Shown one piece after another: positions 42,674 to 52,017 of a stretch of DNA of 64,000 bases. The position numbers and the translations under genes were made by a program. Each line of letters opens with the position of its first letter. The stretch's first letter is position 1. The stretch comes from Gemmatimonadota bacterium (GTDB taxonomy: Bacteria; Gemmatimonadota; Gemmatimonadetes; Gemmatimonadales; GWC2-71-9). The stretch is from NCBI GenBank assembly GCA_040388535.1, contig JAZKBR010000007.1, positions 4,862 to 68,861 on the forward strand. Direction: 5' to 3'. The notes beneath the pieces are model-generated. The model saw only the letters and a program-made list of their open reading frames with translations, was not told where the DNA came from and made no database searches.

Positions 42674-44575
42674 TCATCCCGGCGTGCGCTCGCCATCCAC
42701 ACAGCAACGATACCACGTTTCGAGCGCGATCAACCGGAAGAGCTGATCTCGTTCGGAACCATCGGCCTCGAACCGGCTCAGGCACTTGGCGACCGCACCC
42801 TCATCGGTCACACCCCGCGCAGTCGTGCGGGGCGAGGTCAGCACCTCACGAATCGCCGGCAGGTGCAACTGCAGCCACCGGCCCACGGGAGTACCGAACC
42901 CCACCTTGTCGCGGCGTGCCAGGATTGCCGGCGGCAGGTCGTGTGCAAATGCTCGCCGCATCACGTACTTCGTTCGCGCACCGCGCATTTTCTGGTCGAA
43001 CGGCAAACCGAACGCGAATTCGACCAGCCGGTGATCGAGAAAAGGCAAGCGTGACTCGACCGAATGCGCCATGCTGATCACATCGCCGTAGTACAGGAGA
43101 CCTGGGAGAATCCTCAGCGTGGTGTCACGGTACAGCGCCTGAGTGAGCGGGTCTCCGAACGCATCGGGAACCGGCCAGCTCCCCTTGTCGGTGGACGACG
43201 CGAAGGCGGGCGACAGAAGCGAGAGTTCGGGCGGCGCCTGAGGCCGTTTCCTGAGATGCAGTGACTCGAGAAGGGGGCGGCCCTCGAGCCGGTTGAGCAG
43301 CCGCCATGCGGAAACCATCCGTGCTCCCCTCACGGGAAAGTTCCACGGCCGAAGCGCTTCGAATTCGGCGTGCAGGTAGGGTCGGGCGTAGAGGTCCGGG
43401 TAACCAGCGAGCACCTCGTCGGCACCCTGCCCTTCCAGAACCACCGATGCATGGCCCGCGACTGCCTTCAGGAGCGCCCATCGCGCCAGTTCCTGCGAGC
43501 GGTGTGGTGGTGCATCCAGGTGGTGCGCGAGGTGGCCGAGGTCGTCGAAAAAGTTGGCCGGCTGGTACTCGACGCAGTGCAGCGGCATCCCTGTTTCTGC
43601 GGCGACCAGTGTCGCGTGCTGGCTCTCGTCCTGTTCGAACCCGGGGAATGTCGCCGTGAACGCATGCATCGCTCCGCCCACACCCTGTGATCGGGCCTGC
43701 ACGGCAATTGAGGAGGAGTCGAGTCCACCGCTGAGCAACAGCGCGATGGGAACATCGGAGCGCAGCCTGACGCGGACTGCGTCACGGAACAGATCGCGGA
43801 AGGTGGCCGCGGGATCCCGATAGTCGTACGCTTCCGACTGGTCGGCGCACGACCAGTAACGACTCTCCCGCACACCGTCGCGCGTGATCACCAGATTGTG
43901 AGCGGCGGGCACCTGCGCAATCCCGGCAAACGCGCTGCCCCGACCGTCAGGTGACCACGCGAAGGTGAGGTACCGCCTCACGAATGCGGGATCCGGCGTC
44001 GGTGGGACCTCACCGCCAGCGAGGATCGCCTTCACTTCGGAGGCGAAGTAGAAGGTGTCGCCGTGCCACGCGATGAAGAGAGGCTTGATGCCGAACCGGT
44101 CGCGCGAGCAGAGCAGTTCACCGCGGCGGCTGTCCCAGAGCACGAACGCCCACATCCCGTTGAAGCGCCGGGTACACGCTTCGCCCCACTCCTCATAAGC
44201 GTGGACGATCACTTCAGTATCGGTGGCCGAGCGGAAGGTGTGGCCGAGCGACTCGAGTTCGGTGCGCAGCTCGACAAAATTGTGGATGGCGCCGTTGAAC
44301 ACCACGAAGATGTCGCCGCGTTCATTGGCGATCGGCTGCTGCCCCGACGGACCGAGGTCGATGATCGAGAGGCGACGACTGGCCAGCAGCAGGTCGGGAA
44401 GGAACGATGCCGCTACCGATCGCCCGGCGGAGGAGCGGCCCGAGGTGGTATCGGCGAGAAGGAAGCCGTGATCGTCGGGACCACGGTGATAGAGCGTCGC
44501 GGCCATCCGCTCGACACGGCTGCCGTCGGCAGGATCAGAGCCACGCCGGCGCCACAGTCCCGCAATGCCGCACAT
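42674..44575 (-). CDS. asnB: asparagine synthase (glutamine-hydrolysing), AsnB family
   Basis: 633 aa with N-terminal nucleophile MCGIAG, a GATase-II region and the synthetase PP-loop LLSGGLDSS. Confidence 0.88.
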   Translation of the reverse strand: MCGIAGLWRRRGSDPADGSRVERMAATLYHRGPDDHGFLLADTTSGRSSAGRSVAASFLPDLLLASRRLSIIDLGPSGQQPIANERGDIFVVFNGAIHNFVELRTELESLGHTFRSATDTEVIVHAYEEWGEACTRRFNGMWAFVLWDSRRGELLCSRDRFGIKPLFIAWHGDTFYFASEVKAILAGGEVPPTPDPAFVRRYLTFAWSPDGRGSAFAGIAQVPAAHNLVITRDGVRESRYWSCADQSEAYDYRDPAATFRDLFRDAVRVRLRSDVPIALLLSGGLDSSSIAVQARSQGVGGAMHAFTATFPGFEQDESQHATLVAAETGMPLHCVEYQPANFFDDLGHLAHHLDAPPHRSQELARWALLKAVAGHASVVLEGQGADEVLAGYPDLYARPYLHAEFEALRPWNFPVRGARMVSAWRLLNRLEGRPLLESLHLRKRPQAPPELSLLSPAFASSTDKGSWPVPDAFGDPLTQALYRDTTLRILPGLLYYGDVISMAHSVESRLPFLDHRLVEFAFGLPFDQKMRGARTKYVMRRAFAHDLPPAILARRDKVGFGTPVGRWLQLHLPAIREVLTSPRTTARGVTDEGAVAKCLSRFEADGSERDQLFRLIALETWYRCCVDGERTPG

Positions 44576-44739
44576 GGGATCACCCTCGACTGGCGTTGGC
44601 GGTGGCTGACCGGAACCGGTGGCCTATGATAAAGATAGGCCTCGGGCAAACTCCACCCTCCCTTCCACAAATTTCAGTGGCGCCACGTGTAGCCGACAAT
44701 GGAATAGTGCCCACCCTAAGTCTGCGCGGCGCAACCAAG

Positions 44740-45165
44740 TCAGGAGGCAAGCTGCTTCCCCGACAGCCACGCCGCCGCCGTCAGGCAGATCGCAATCAGG
44801 GCCGAGAACGCGATGGGGATGATAAAGAGATACCGGCAGCTCACTGCGGCGATGGCAGCGAACGAAATGGCGAAGGCCCAGGTCGTGCCGCGCAGCTGCG
44901 CCAGGGTCGCGACGGAGAGGCCGCTCAGCTGCCAGGCCAGTATTGCCGCGAAAACGTAATAGACCCCGACCGTGAATCCGGCCGCGAGAAAGAAGTCCCA
45001 GTAGCTGCGGTTGAATCCCTGGACCTCGAAGTGAATCGACCGCATCGAGGCGAGCAGCGCGTCGACTCCCCAGGCGGGATCAATCTGATTGAAACTGAGC
45101 ATGTGGCCGATCGCAAACAGAACCAACAGCACGGCAGCGATACGATAGAGCGAGGATGCCTTCAT
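44740..45165 (-). CDS. integral membrane protein, hypothetical
   Basis: ATG at 45165 follows GGAGG. Four TM segments. Confidence 0.6.
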   Translation of the reverse strand: MKASSLYRIAAVLLVLFAIGHMLSFNQIDPAWGVDALLASMRSIHFEVQGFNRSYWDFFLAAGFTVGVYYVFAAILAWQLSGLSVATLAQLRGTTWAFAISFAAIAAVSCRYLFIIPIAFSALIAICLTAAAWLSGKQLAS

Positions 45166-45199
45166 TCCTGCCTCCGAAGAAACGGGTATCAGAGCGCCG

Positions 45200-45628
45200 C
45201 TACTGAAACCGCACCGGAACGCGGAGTTCCGCCGCATGTTCCGGCAGCCCCGATGGATTGTCCTTGGACAGGATCAGCGTTCCGGTCTTTGAGGCGGGCA
45301 GACTGAAGGAGAGTGTCGCCTTGAACGGCACGAATTCCGTGGTCATCCATTCGCCGATTGCATGGGCCGGGGTTGCGGCAATGGTGTCACCCTTGGCATC
45401 GAGGAGATAGACGGGAAACGACGCCTCGAAGAACCAGGGGCCCCGCGCCTTCCCTTCCACCGTGAGCGGGCTCGAGAGCAACGCCTCCGGCAGCGGCGTC
45501 CGGAGCTCGATGCGGTCCACAATCGCGGCGGGTGCGTGAACAACTTCGCGGTGGCAGCCCATCAGGAGGAGCGCCAGCAGCGGCACCATGATGCTCGCGT
45601 GACAGTGACGCACGATACGCACTTCCAT
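45200..45628 (-). CDS. Gmad2 immunoglobulin-like domain lipoprotein
   Basis: 142 aa with lipobox LLMGC. PLTVEGKARGPWFFEASFPVYLLDAKGDTI...GEWMTTEFVPFKATLSF matches my recollection of the Gmad2 domain. Confidence 0.7.
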   Translation of the reverse strand: MEVRIVRHCHASIMVPLLALLLMGCHREVVHAPAAIVDRIELRTPLPEALLSSPLTVEGKARGPWFFEASFPVYLLDAKGDTIAATPAHAIGEWMTTEFVPFKATLSFSLPASKTGTLILSKDNPSGLPEHAAELRVPVRFQ

Positions 45629-45631
45629 TGC

Positions 45632-46357
45632 CTACACGTGTACCAGCGCGCAGCCAGCATTCTGCGCGCGGGCGAGACCGAAGATTCCCGATGGCACCGC
45701 ATACGCACCGCGGACGAGATGCGCCCGCAATGTGGTATGGAGCTCGTCGGCCGTCACACCTGCCTTGGCCGCGAGCCGCTTCGCGAGATTGGTCAGCGCG
45801 AAATCGCAGACCAGAATGATCGCTCCGCCAGCCTGCAACCCGCCGAGACTGGGCAGCGTCACTCCCGGCGCTGGGTCGGGCGCACGATACCAGAACGGGT
45901 TCCGCTCCGCGGGCTGCCCTGTCGCTGGATCCTGGGTCTTGTACTCGACGCCCAGCCCCAGCTTCTGCCACATTGCATCGTCGAGCGCCGCAGGCACCGC
46001 CTGGGTGCGGATGTTGATCACGATCCGCGCGTCATAGCGCTGGGCGCCATACGCGGTGGCGCAGTTCGCCAGGTAACGCTCGGCAAGCTCCAGCATGATC
46101 GGATCGGCGGGATTCCCCAGCGAGGGCCAGTCGAAGACGGCGCGATCAGTGGCGGGCTTGAGCCGCGCGAGCCAGCTGAGATCCCAGCCTGTCGCCGGAG
46201 CGGCGGCAGGCTCGGCCGCAGTCGCAAGCGCCGGAGCAAGCGTGCTACCGAGCGCGGCCGCCGACGCAGCGCGGCCGGCCTGTTTCACGAAATCCCGACG
46301 GGACCCCGGCGCATCGTGCATGGTCAGCTCCGTGTGCCATTCCAGTGAGCCCGTCAC
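45632..46357 (-). CDS. Tat-signal hypothetical protein
   Basis: 241 aa with twin-arginine GSRRDFVKQAG. GTGA overlap with the upstream OM protein stop. Confidence 0.65.
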   Translation of the reverse strand: MTGSLEWHTELTMHDAPGSRRDFVKQAGRAASAAALGSTLAPALATAAEPAAAPATGWDLSWLARLKPATDRAVFDWPSLGNPADPIMLELAERYLANCATAYGAQRYDARIVINIRTQAVPAALDDAMWQKLGLGVEYKTQDPATGQPAERNPFWYRAPDPAPGVTLPSLGGLQAGGAIILVCDFALTNLAKRLAAKAGVTADELHTTLRAHLVRGAYAVPSGIFGLARAQNAGCALVHV

Positions 46358-49047
46358 TTCACCCCGATCCAGTAGCTCACTTTCAGCGCCAGAAAGTTAT
46401 CCCCGCCCCCGCTCAGCGCATCGATCAGACGGCCGGCATTTACCAGAGTCCCGTAAGGCGTCGCGGTCTGGCGGTTGTTCTGCCAGATCAGATACCCCGT
46501 ACTTCCCGGGAGCCACTCCCACCGCAGCACCAGGTTCGACCGGAAAGAGAGCCGGTTGAAATCAAGATTGGGCAGCGAGAAGCTCTGGGCCCCATCGGTC
46601 ACGGTATAGGAGCTGTCGGAGTTGCGGACAATCGCAGTGCCGGTTCCCGCCTCCCCGTATCCGCGCAGCTGGCGACTCCGCGGCGCCGAGAGCTCGCCGA
46701 ACTTCGAGTACTTGCCGCTCGCGGCAAACGGTTCCGCGTATGCCTCCACCGTGAAGTTGGGTGTGACGGCATAGTTGAGCCGGAATCGCGCCGAGAGCTG
46801 ACTCCGGTCGACAAAGGCAAAGGTGTAGCGGCTGCCGAAGGTCGCCGCCGAGCCGCCGCTCTTGGTGGTGACGTACTGCCTGGCGTCGGCCGATCGCGTA
46901 TACGTCGGATCCACTGACGCCTGCCAGCGCGCACCGGGGCGCACACTGAACGTTGATCGCGCAGTCCACGACCAGCCGCCGAGTTCGTCGTCGGTGTGGG
47001 CGAGGTTGACGCTCCAGGTCACCGGAATGTTCGGCCGGCTGTTGAAGCCGCTGGAGAGACTATACGAGTTCGGGGTTCCCATCAGCGGGCCGCCGCGAGT
47101 GAGGACATCGCTCAGGGAGCGAATGTTGTAGGCAAAGTTGAGCGACGCCCGCGTGAAGTTGTTGAAGGTGAGGCTGGTGTTGAGGCCGAGGTTGGAGTAC
47201 TGGCGGATGCCGCCGAAGTTCCATCCCGCGCGCGTGGCCCAGTTGAGACTGTAGAAGCGGTAGGACTTCTTCGGCCTCGCATTGCGCACGCCGAAGTCGG
47301 CGTTGAAGTCGATGTCGTCGGCGGTCTGCATCCGGCCAAGATCGTTGATCTCGAAGCCGGGAGAACGGGCGATGAGCTGGATGCCCCAGAACGAATAGCC
47401 GGCGTTCTTGTCGTGGCGCAGCGACGCGGTGTAACCGCTGAGCGAGGTCCGGCCCGGGTTGAACCGGATGTGATCCTGATCGGGTCGCTGGAAATAGTGG
47501 GCGCTGCCGCGCTGCAATCGCGCGATGGCCGTCGAGTCTCCTTCGACATAACTCGCCCCGACAAAGCCGGTGAACTCGTACTTCCCCTGCTGTGATCGGA
47601 GCTTGAAGTCCATGCCCCCGGCGAAGGCATCGCGGGAGAGGATGTCCTGCAGACCGCCACGCTCGTCGACAAAATGGTGCGCGTGGGTAAGGTTGATCCC
47701 CGCGTTCGACTGCTGCTTGCCGAAGTCCTGCTGCAGCCGCACCACGGCGAAGGAGCTTGCCGGCTCGACGGCGACCGCATCAATCCGGTCGGCGAGCGAA
47801 TCGTAGGAGCGCGCGTGCTCCATCGGCGTCACGGCCGCGAGCACGCCGACGGAGAGCCCGGACTTGAGCCGCCCCGTCACCTTGGCGGCCGAGAGAATGT
47901 CGGTGTTGACCGGCTGATCGATGAAGTCGCCGCTGGTGCTGCCTCGCGGTGGTGCCCCGATGCGCCGACTGTAGAAGTAGACTGGCCGGTTGATGAAATT
48001 CTGCGCCAGGCCGGCAAGGGCTTCGGCCCCCTCGGTGAAGAACGGCCGCCGTTCGGTGAACACGGTCTCGAACGCCGTCAAGTTGACGTCCGCCGGATCG
48101 GCTTCGACCTGGCCGAAGTCCGGCATCACGGTCGCGTTGAGAGTCAGGTTGGGGCCCAGCCCCATCTTGAGATCACCGCCGACACGACCAGTAGCCTTCT
48201 GCTCGAACGGGTTGGCCGGATTGGCGTTGGCACGGTAGGTCAGCCCGCCCGTGACGTAGGGGAGCAATTCCAGCCGTCGCGACGTGGGGATCCCGCTGAT
48301 GCCATCGAGCTGCCCGAACTGCGAGAAGAAACCCGCCACGTCGCGCGGGATCAGGACCCAGGTGTTCCGTTCGTTCTTGTCGGGGAGATTGCGCGTGAGC
48401 TGCAGTCCCCAGACCTGGCCCTCGCCAGCGTTGAAGCGCAACTGCGAGAACGGAATCCGCATTTCGGCAGACCACCCCTGATCATCGACGCGGGAGTGCG
48501 CGCTCCAGACCGGATCGTACTGCGCTTCCCGCCCGCCTTCCTGATCCTGCGGATGATAGAAGTCGCCGCGTACGCCGCCGGAGTTGATCGAGAAGGAGTA
48601 TCCGGTCTGCCTGTCATGGTACGGGTCGAGCGACACCGTGAAGACTTCGGCATCGCTATCGGAGTCGCGCCGGCTGATCGATCGGCGAATCGCCCTGGCG
48701 TCCGGCCGGAGCATCCGCGCTGCGATGTAGAGCGCGTCGTTGTCGTAGAGCAACCGGACCTGCGTCACCACCGTGGGCGCCTTCCCCTCATCGGGATCTT
48801 TCTGCACAAAATCCGAGATGACGGGCGCCGCGGCCCAGGCCGCGTCATTGAGGACGCCATCGATCTGTGGCGGCGCCCCCGTGAGCCGCGAGGCTCGAGT
48901 GGACTTGCGCGGCGATTGCGCGACGAGAGCGTGCGCTGCGGCCACCAGAAGGAAGGCGGTCAGGGCGCAGCGCGTGATGAAAGACGAAATGGTCAGGGTG
49001 GTCTGCCTTGAGTTTTTCAGGGTGAGAATCAGCGCGTCAGGGGGCAA
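46354..49047 (-). CDS. outer-membrane protein with CBM9/DOMON-like N-terminal domain and DUF5916-like barrel
   Basis: 897 aa with a signal peptide. IDGVLNDAAWAAAPVISDFVQKDPDEGKAPTVVTQVRLLYDNDALYIAARM is the CBM9-like signature. C-terminus ends ...KVSYWIGVK. Confidence 0.75.
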   Translation of the reverse strand: MPPDALILTLKNSRQTTLTISSFITRCALTAFLLVAAAHALVAQSPRKSTRASRLTGAPPQIDGVLNDAAWAAAPVISDFVQKDPDEGKAPTVVTQVRLLYDNDALYIAARMLRPDARAIRRSISRRDSDSDAEVFTVSLDPYHDRQTGYSFSINSGGVRGDFYHPQDQEGGREAQYDPVWSAHSRVDDQGWSAEMRIPFSQLRFNAGEGQVWGLQLTRNLPDKNERNTWVLIPRDVAGFFSQFGQLDGISGIPTSRRLELLPYVTGGLTYRANANPANPFEQKATGRVGGDLKMGLGPNLTLNATVMPDFGQVEADPADVNLTAFETVFTERRPFFTEGAEALAGLAQNFINRPVYFYSRRIGAPPRGSTSGDFIDQPVNTDILSAAKVTGRLKSGLSVGVLAAVTPMEHARSYDSLADRIDAVAVEPASSFAVVRLQQDFGKQQSNAGINLTHAHHFVDERGGLQDILSRDAFAGGMDFKLRSQQGKYEFTGFVGASYVEGDSTAIARLQRGSAHYFQRPDQDHIRFNPGRTSLSGYTASLRHDKNAGYSFWGIQLIARSPGFEINDLGRMQTADDIDFNADFGVRNARPKKSYRFYSLNWATRAGWNFGGIRQYSNLGLNTSLTFNNFTRASLNFAYNIRSLSDVLTRGGPLMGTPNSYSLSSGFNSRPNIPVTWSVNLAHTDDELGGWSWTARSTFSVRPGARWQASVDPTYTRSADARQYVTTKSGGSAATFGSRYTFAFVDRSQLSARFRLNYAVTPNFTVEAYAEPFAASGKYSKFGELSAPRSRQLRGYGEAGTGTAIVRNSDSSYTVTDGAQSFSLPNLDFNRLSFRSNLVLRWEWLPGSTGYLIWQNNRQTATPYGTLVNAGRLIDALSGGGDNFLALKVSYWIGVK

Positions 49048-49097
49048 AAGTGGCTCGAAACCGGGAGTCCGGAAAGGGGCCCCTTGATACTTAGGCC

Positions 49098-49126
49098 TTT
49101 ACAGAAGTATTCCCGGCTGATAGACT
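49098..49126 (+). promoter_or_regulatory. candidate promoter TTTACA-17-TAGACT upstream of the third arsR-like gene (leadered, about 30-40 nt)
   Basis: Read directly. Confidence 0.3.
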
Positions 49127-49163
49127 CCCCTGAGGACGATCGGACCACCCCAGCCACTGGACG

Positions 49164-49514
49164 GTGTCGGACATGGTTCAAGCCGCAGTCACTGACGACG
49201 TGTTTCACGCCCTCTCCAACCCGACTCGGCGCAAAGTCCTCGAACGACTCTCGGCGGGGCCGGCCACCGTGAGCGACCTGGCGGCGCCGTTCGATATGCA
49301 GTTGCCGTCGTTCGTGCAGCACCTCTCGGTCCTCGAAGCGAGCCGCCTGGTGAAGTCACACAAGCGCGGCCGGGTGCGGACCTATGAGCTCGCGCCCGAA
49401 CGCTTCAAGGTCGCCGAAGAGTGGCTCGTCGCGCGTCGCAAGGAATGGGAAGCCCGGCTCGACCGGTTCGACCAGCACGTCAAACACCTCAAGGAAAAGG
49501 AATCCAGGTCATGA
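49164..49514 (+). CDS. ArsR/SmtB-family transcriptional regulator
   Basis: 116 aa (FHALSNPTRRKVLERLSAGPATVSDLAAPFDMQLPSFVQHLSVLEASRLV). The start is GTG 49164 or ATG 49173. Confidence 0.85.
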   Translation: MSDMVQAAVTDDVFHALSNPTRRKVLERLSAGPATVSDLAAPFDMQLPSFVQHLSVLEASRLVKSHKRGRVRTYELAPERFKVAEEWLVARRKEWEARLDRFDQHVKHLKEKESRS

Positions 49515-49999
49515 GCAACCAGTTCGCCTTCAATCCCGCACGCGATTTCGCCATCGAACGCTTCATCGACGCGCCCCCGCGGCTCGTCTGGGAGGCGCTG
49601 ACGCAACCGGAGCATATCAAGGAGTGGTATATGCCCAAGGCCTGGGGGCGCGTGGCACGGGCCGAAATGGAGTTGCGACCGGGCGGCATCTTCGCCATCG
49701 ACATTGCTGTCGGTGACGGCCCCGATATCCCCAACCTCGGCTGCGTCCTCGACGTCGTGCCGATGGAACGCCTGGTCTGGACCTCGATGCTCTTCCCCGG
49801 CTATCGCCCGGCCGTCTTCGACGATGTGCCGATCACCGGAATCATGACGATGAACGCTGAGGGCACCGGGACCCGCTACGTCTTCACGGCATTGCATCGG
49901 AACGAAGCAGACTTCGAGACCAACAAGACGTCGGGCTTCTATGAGGGGACCGAGATCGCCGTGGATCAGTTCGTGGGGCATGTGATGGCGATGAAGTAG
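49511..49999 (+). CDS. SRPBCC/AHSA1-like domain protein
   Basis: ATG at 49511 overlaps the arsR stop (ATGA). Contains FIDAPPRLVWEALTQPEHIKEWY. Confidence 0.8.
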   Translation: MSNQFAFNPARDFAIERFIDAPPRLVWEALTQPEHIKEWYMPKAWGRVARAEMELRPGGIFAIDIAVGDGPDIPNLGCVLDVVPMERLVWTSMLFPGYRPAVFDDVPITGIMTMNAEGTGTRYVFTALHRNEADFETNKTSGFYEGTEIAVDQFVGHVMAMK

Positions 50000-50010
50000 C
50001 GCCCGCCGCG

Positions 50011-50613
50011 CTACCTCGAGGTAACGGCCGAAGCGAGCCGAAGGCTTCGAAAGGCTTCGGCAAGGGCGTCTGGCTGGTGAGAAGCATTCAATCCGCTCGG
50101 ATTGGGCAAGACCCAGAGCCGGGCGCCCGAGATGAGTTCCGGCTGATGCCCTGGCGTGGCGGCCGGTTTCGCAAAGGCGATCCGGTAGGCACTGATGCCA
50201 AGGATGGCGACCCAGCGGGGCTGGTATCTGGCCACCTTGCGCTGCAGCCGACGGCGCCCGGCGACAAGTTCCTCCCGCGTCAGCTCATCGGCACCGGCCG
50301 AAGCGCGGGCGACGAGGTCAGTCAGCCCGAGTCCGAGTTCCAGTAGTTCCCCGCTCTCCTCGGGCAACAGGAGACGGCGGGTGAAGCCCGATGCGTGCAT
50401 CGCCTTCCAGAAGCGATTGCCGGGGCGGGCGAAGTGCTGGCCGAGCGCCGCCGAGTAGAGCCCCGGGTTGGTGCCGCAAAAGAGCACCCTCAGGTTGGGC
50501 GCGATCAGGTCGGGTAGCCGGCGGTGGACTGCTGCCTGAAGTTCTGCTTTGGTGGGTCGGCGACGTTCTGCCACGGCCATCCTCCTCACGCTCCGCCTGC
50601 AATGAGCCCGCAT
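50011..50613 (-). CDS. mug: G/U mismatch-specific uracil-DNA glycosylase (Mug family)
   Basis: LRVLFCGTNPGLYSAALGQHFARPGNRFWK ... WVLPNPSGLN aligns by eye with E. coli Mug. ATG 50580 is an alternative start. Confidence 0.88.
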   Translation of the reverse strand: MRAHCRRSVRRMAVAERRRPTKAELQAAVHRRLPDLIAPNLRVLFCGTNPGLYSAALGQHFARPGNRFWKAMHASGFTRRLLLPEESGELLELGLGLTDLVARASAGADELTREELVAGRRRLQRKVARYQPRWVAILGISAYRIAFAKPAATPGHQPELISGARLWVLPNPSGLNASHQPDALAEAFRSLRLASAVTSR

Positions 50614-50692
50614 GATGTGACGCCACCGGCGTTAGTCGGGTCCCCTCGGAGATACGATACATACCGCCGCAGACCCGTCCTCTGGAGCCATC

Positions 50693-51444
50693 ATGTTCTC
50701 GAATCGCCCTTCATGGAAGAATCTTGCTGTTCGCGGTGCGATGGCCGCAACCGCCGCCCTCGCCCTCGGCTGCTCTTCCAGCCCAACGGACCAACGGATG
50801 AGACACACCAGCCCCCCACCGGCGATTCGTTCCTGTTGACGCCGGGACAGGTCTCGGCGCTCGACAGTGTGGGCCAGGTGGTCGTCGGGGCGAATCCCGG
50901 GAATAGTTCGCTCAAGTCACTGCTCGATTCCACGTTCCAGGTACTGACGGCCGGAATCACCGCGACGCGAATCAACGTCACCACCGATCTCACGACGGCA
51001 CCGCTCTACTTCGTCGGCATCCACCGGGTCATCGAGCGCGCGACCGGGTCGTTCTCGACCTGGAACGTCGTGGGGATGGACGACCCCCAGGCGCTGACCA
51101 GTGTGATGGAAGTAAGCGGCTTCGCGCAGAACCAGACGGCGACGGCGCCCACCACGGTGTCTGGGCCCATCGGCACTGGCGCGGTCAACGCGCTCTTCCT
51201 CAACGTCGCGAACGGCGGTGCGGTGACGCAGTGGAACGGCAACAACGGCACCATCTCCTTCACGTCAGATGCGCCGACCAGCGCCTGCCCAGTGCCCAAT
51301 CCGTCGGCGAACATGACCTGCACCATCGAGACGATGCACGTGCGCTTTGACGTGACCGCTGGCGGTGGCGCGACGACGCGTCACGCCGCGATTGCAACCG
51401 ATGTGGCGATTCCGACGATGCGGCTCACCTACACGGGGCCGTGA
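50693..51444 (+). pseudogene. lipoprotein gene interrupted by a frameshift at a C6 tract (50812-50817)
   Basis: GGAG-N5-ATG at 50693 opens MFSNRPSWKNLAVRGAMAATAALALGCSSSPTD (signal plus lipobox), which stops at 50837. The Thr/Asn/Gly-rich body continues in the -1 frame (track ORF 50524..51444). One extra C would join the two frames. Confidence 0.5.
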
Positions 51445-51450
51445 GCCGGC

Positions 51451-51927
51451 CTACCCCCGACGCTTGCTCGCAGTTGTCGCACGAACCACCACCGACCCGA
51501 TGCCGGTGGTGGGGTACGGGAGCTTGTTGCGTGCGATGGCGGCCTCGATCAGCGCCGTGACTGCCGGCTGAGTGAGCGTCGAGGCACCCTCCACCACAAT
51601 CCATCGCGTCGTTGCCGCCCCGTTCAGTAATTTCTGGGGATCCGGCAACCCCTTCCCACTCAGGTAGAGCCTGATTTCGTCCGCGCTTGCGCGGATGGCA
51701 ACCACGCCATCCTTCCCTTGCCCGTTCGGCGTGAAGCTGAGCACGACACTGTCGGCGTATTCGTAAACCAGTTCCTGCGACGTAGGAAGTCTTTTCTGCA
51801 CGAACTTCCGTACCGCGGCCGCGAGCCTTTGATGGTCGGGAGCGATCCTGGCGAGGAGCGCCTTCAATTCGGCCTCGGCCGCGCGTCGCTCTGCTGGGGA
51901 TTGGGGAGTTGGGACTGCAGGACTCAT
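51451..51927 (-). CDS. hypothetical protein (DUF1801-like, unverified)
   Basis: ATG at 51927. Contains ELVYEYADSVVLSFTPNGQGKDGVVAIRASADEIRLYL. Confidence 0.55.
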   Translation of the reverse strand: MSPAVPTPQSPAERRAAEAELKALLARIAPDHQRLAAAVRKFVQKRLPTSQELVYEYADSVVLSFTPNGQGKDGVVAIRASADEIRLYLSGKGLPDPQKLLNGAATTRWIVVEGASTLTQPAVTALIEAAIARNKLPYPTTGIGSVVVRATTASKRRG

Positions 51928-52017
51928 GGAGTGGTGCTCCGCGTGAGATGATGCGGTGCCTTGGCGGGACGCCGAACTGGTCGTCGTCCCGCCCTGAAGC
52001 ATACTGCACTCCATTTC

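Noticed and set aside
42674-44575. Asparagine-synthase homologue as a lasso-peptide cyclase or other RiPP enzyme
   Set aside because: It retains the N-terminal glutaminase nucleophile (MCGIAG) typical of genuine AsnB. No precursor peptide, PqqD-like or transglutaminase-like protease, or ABC exporter is adjacent.
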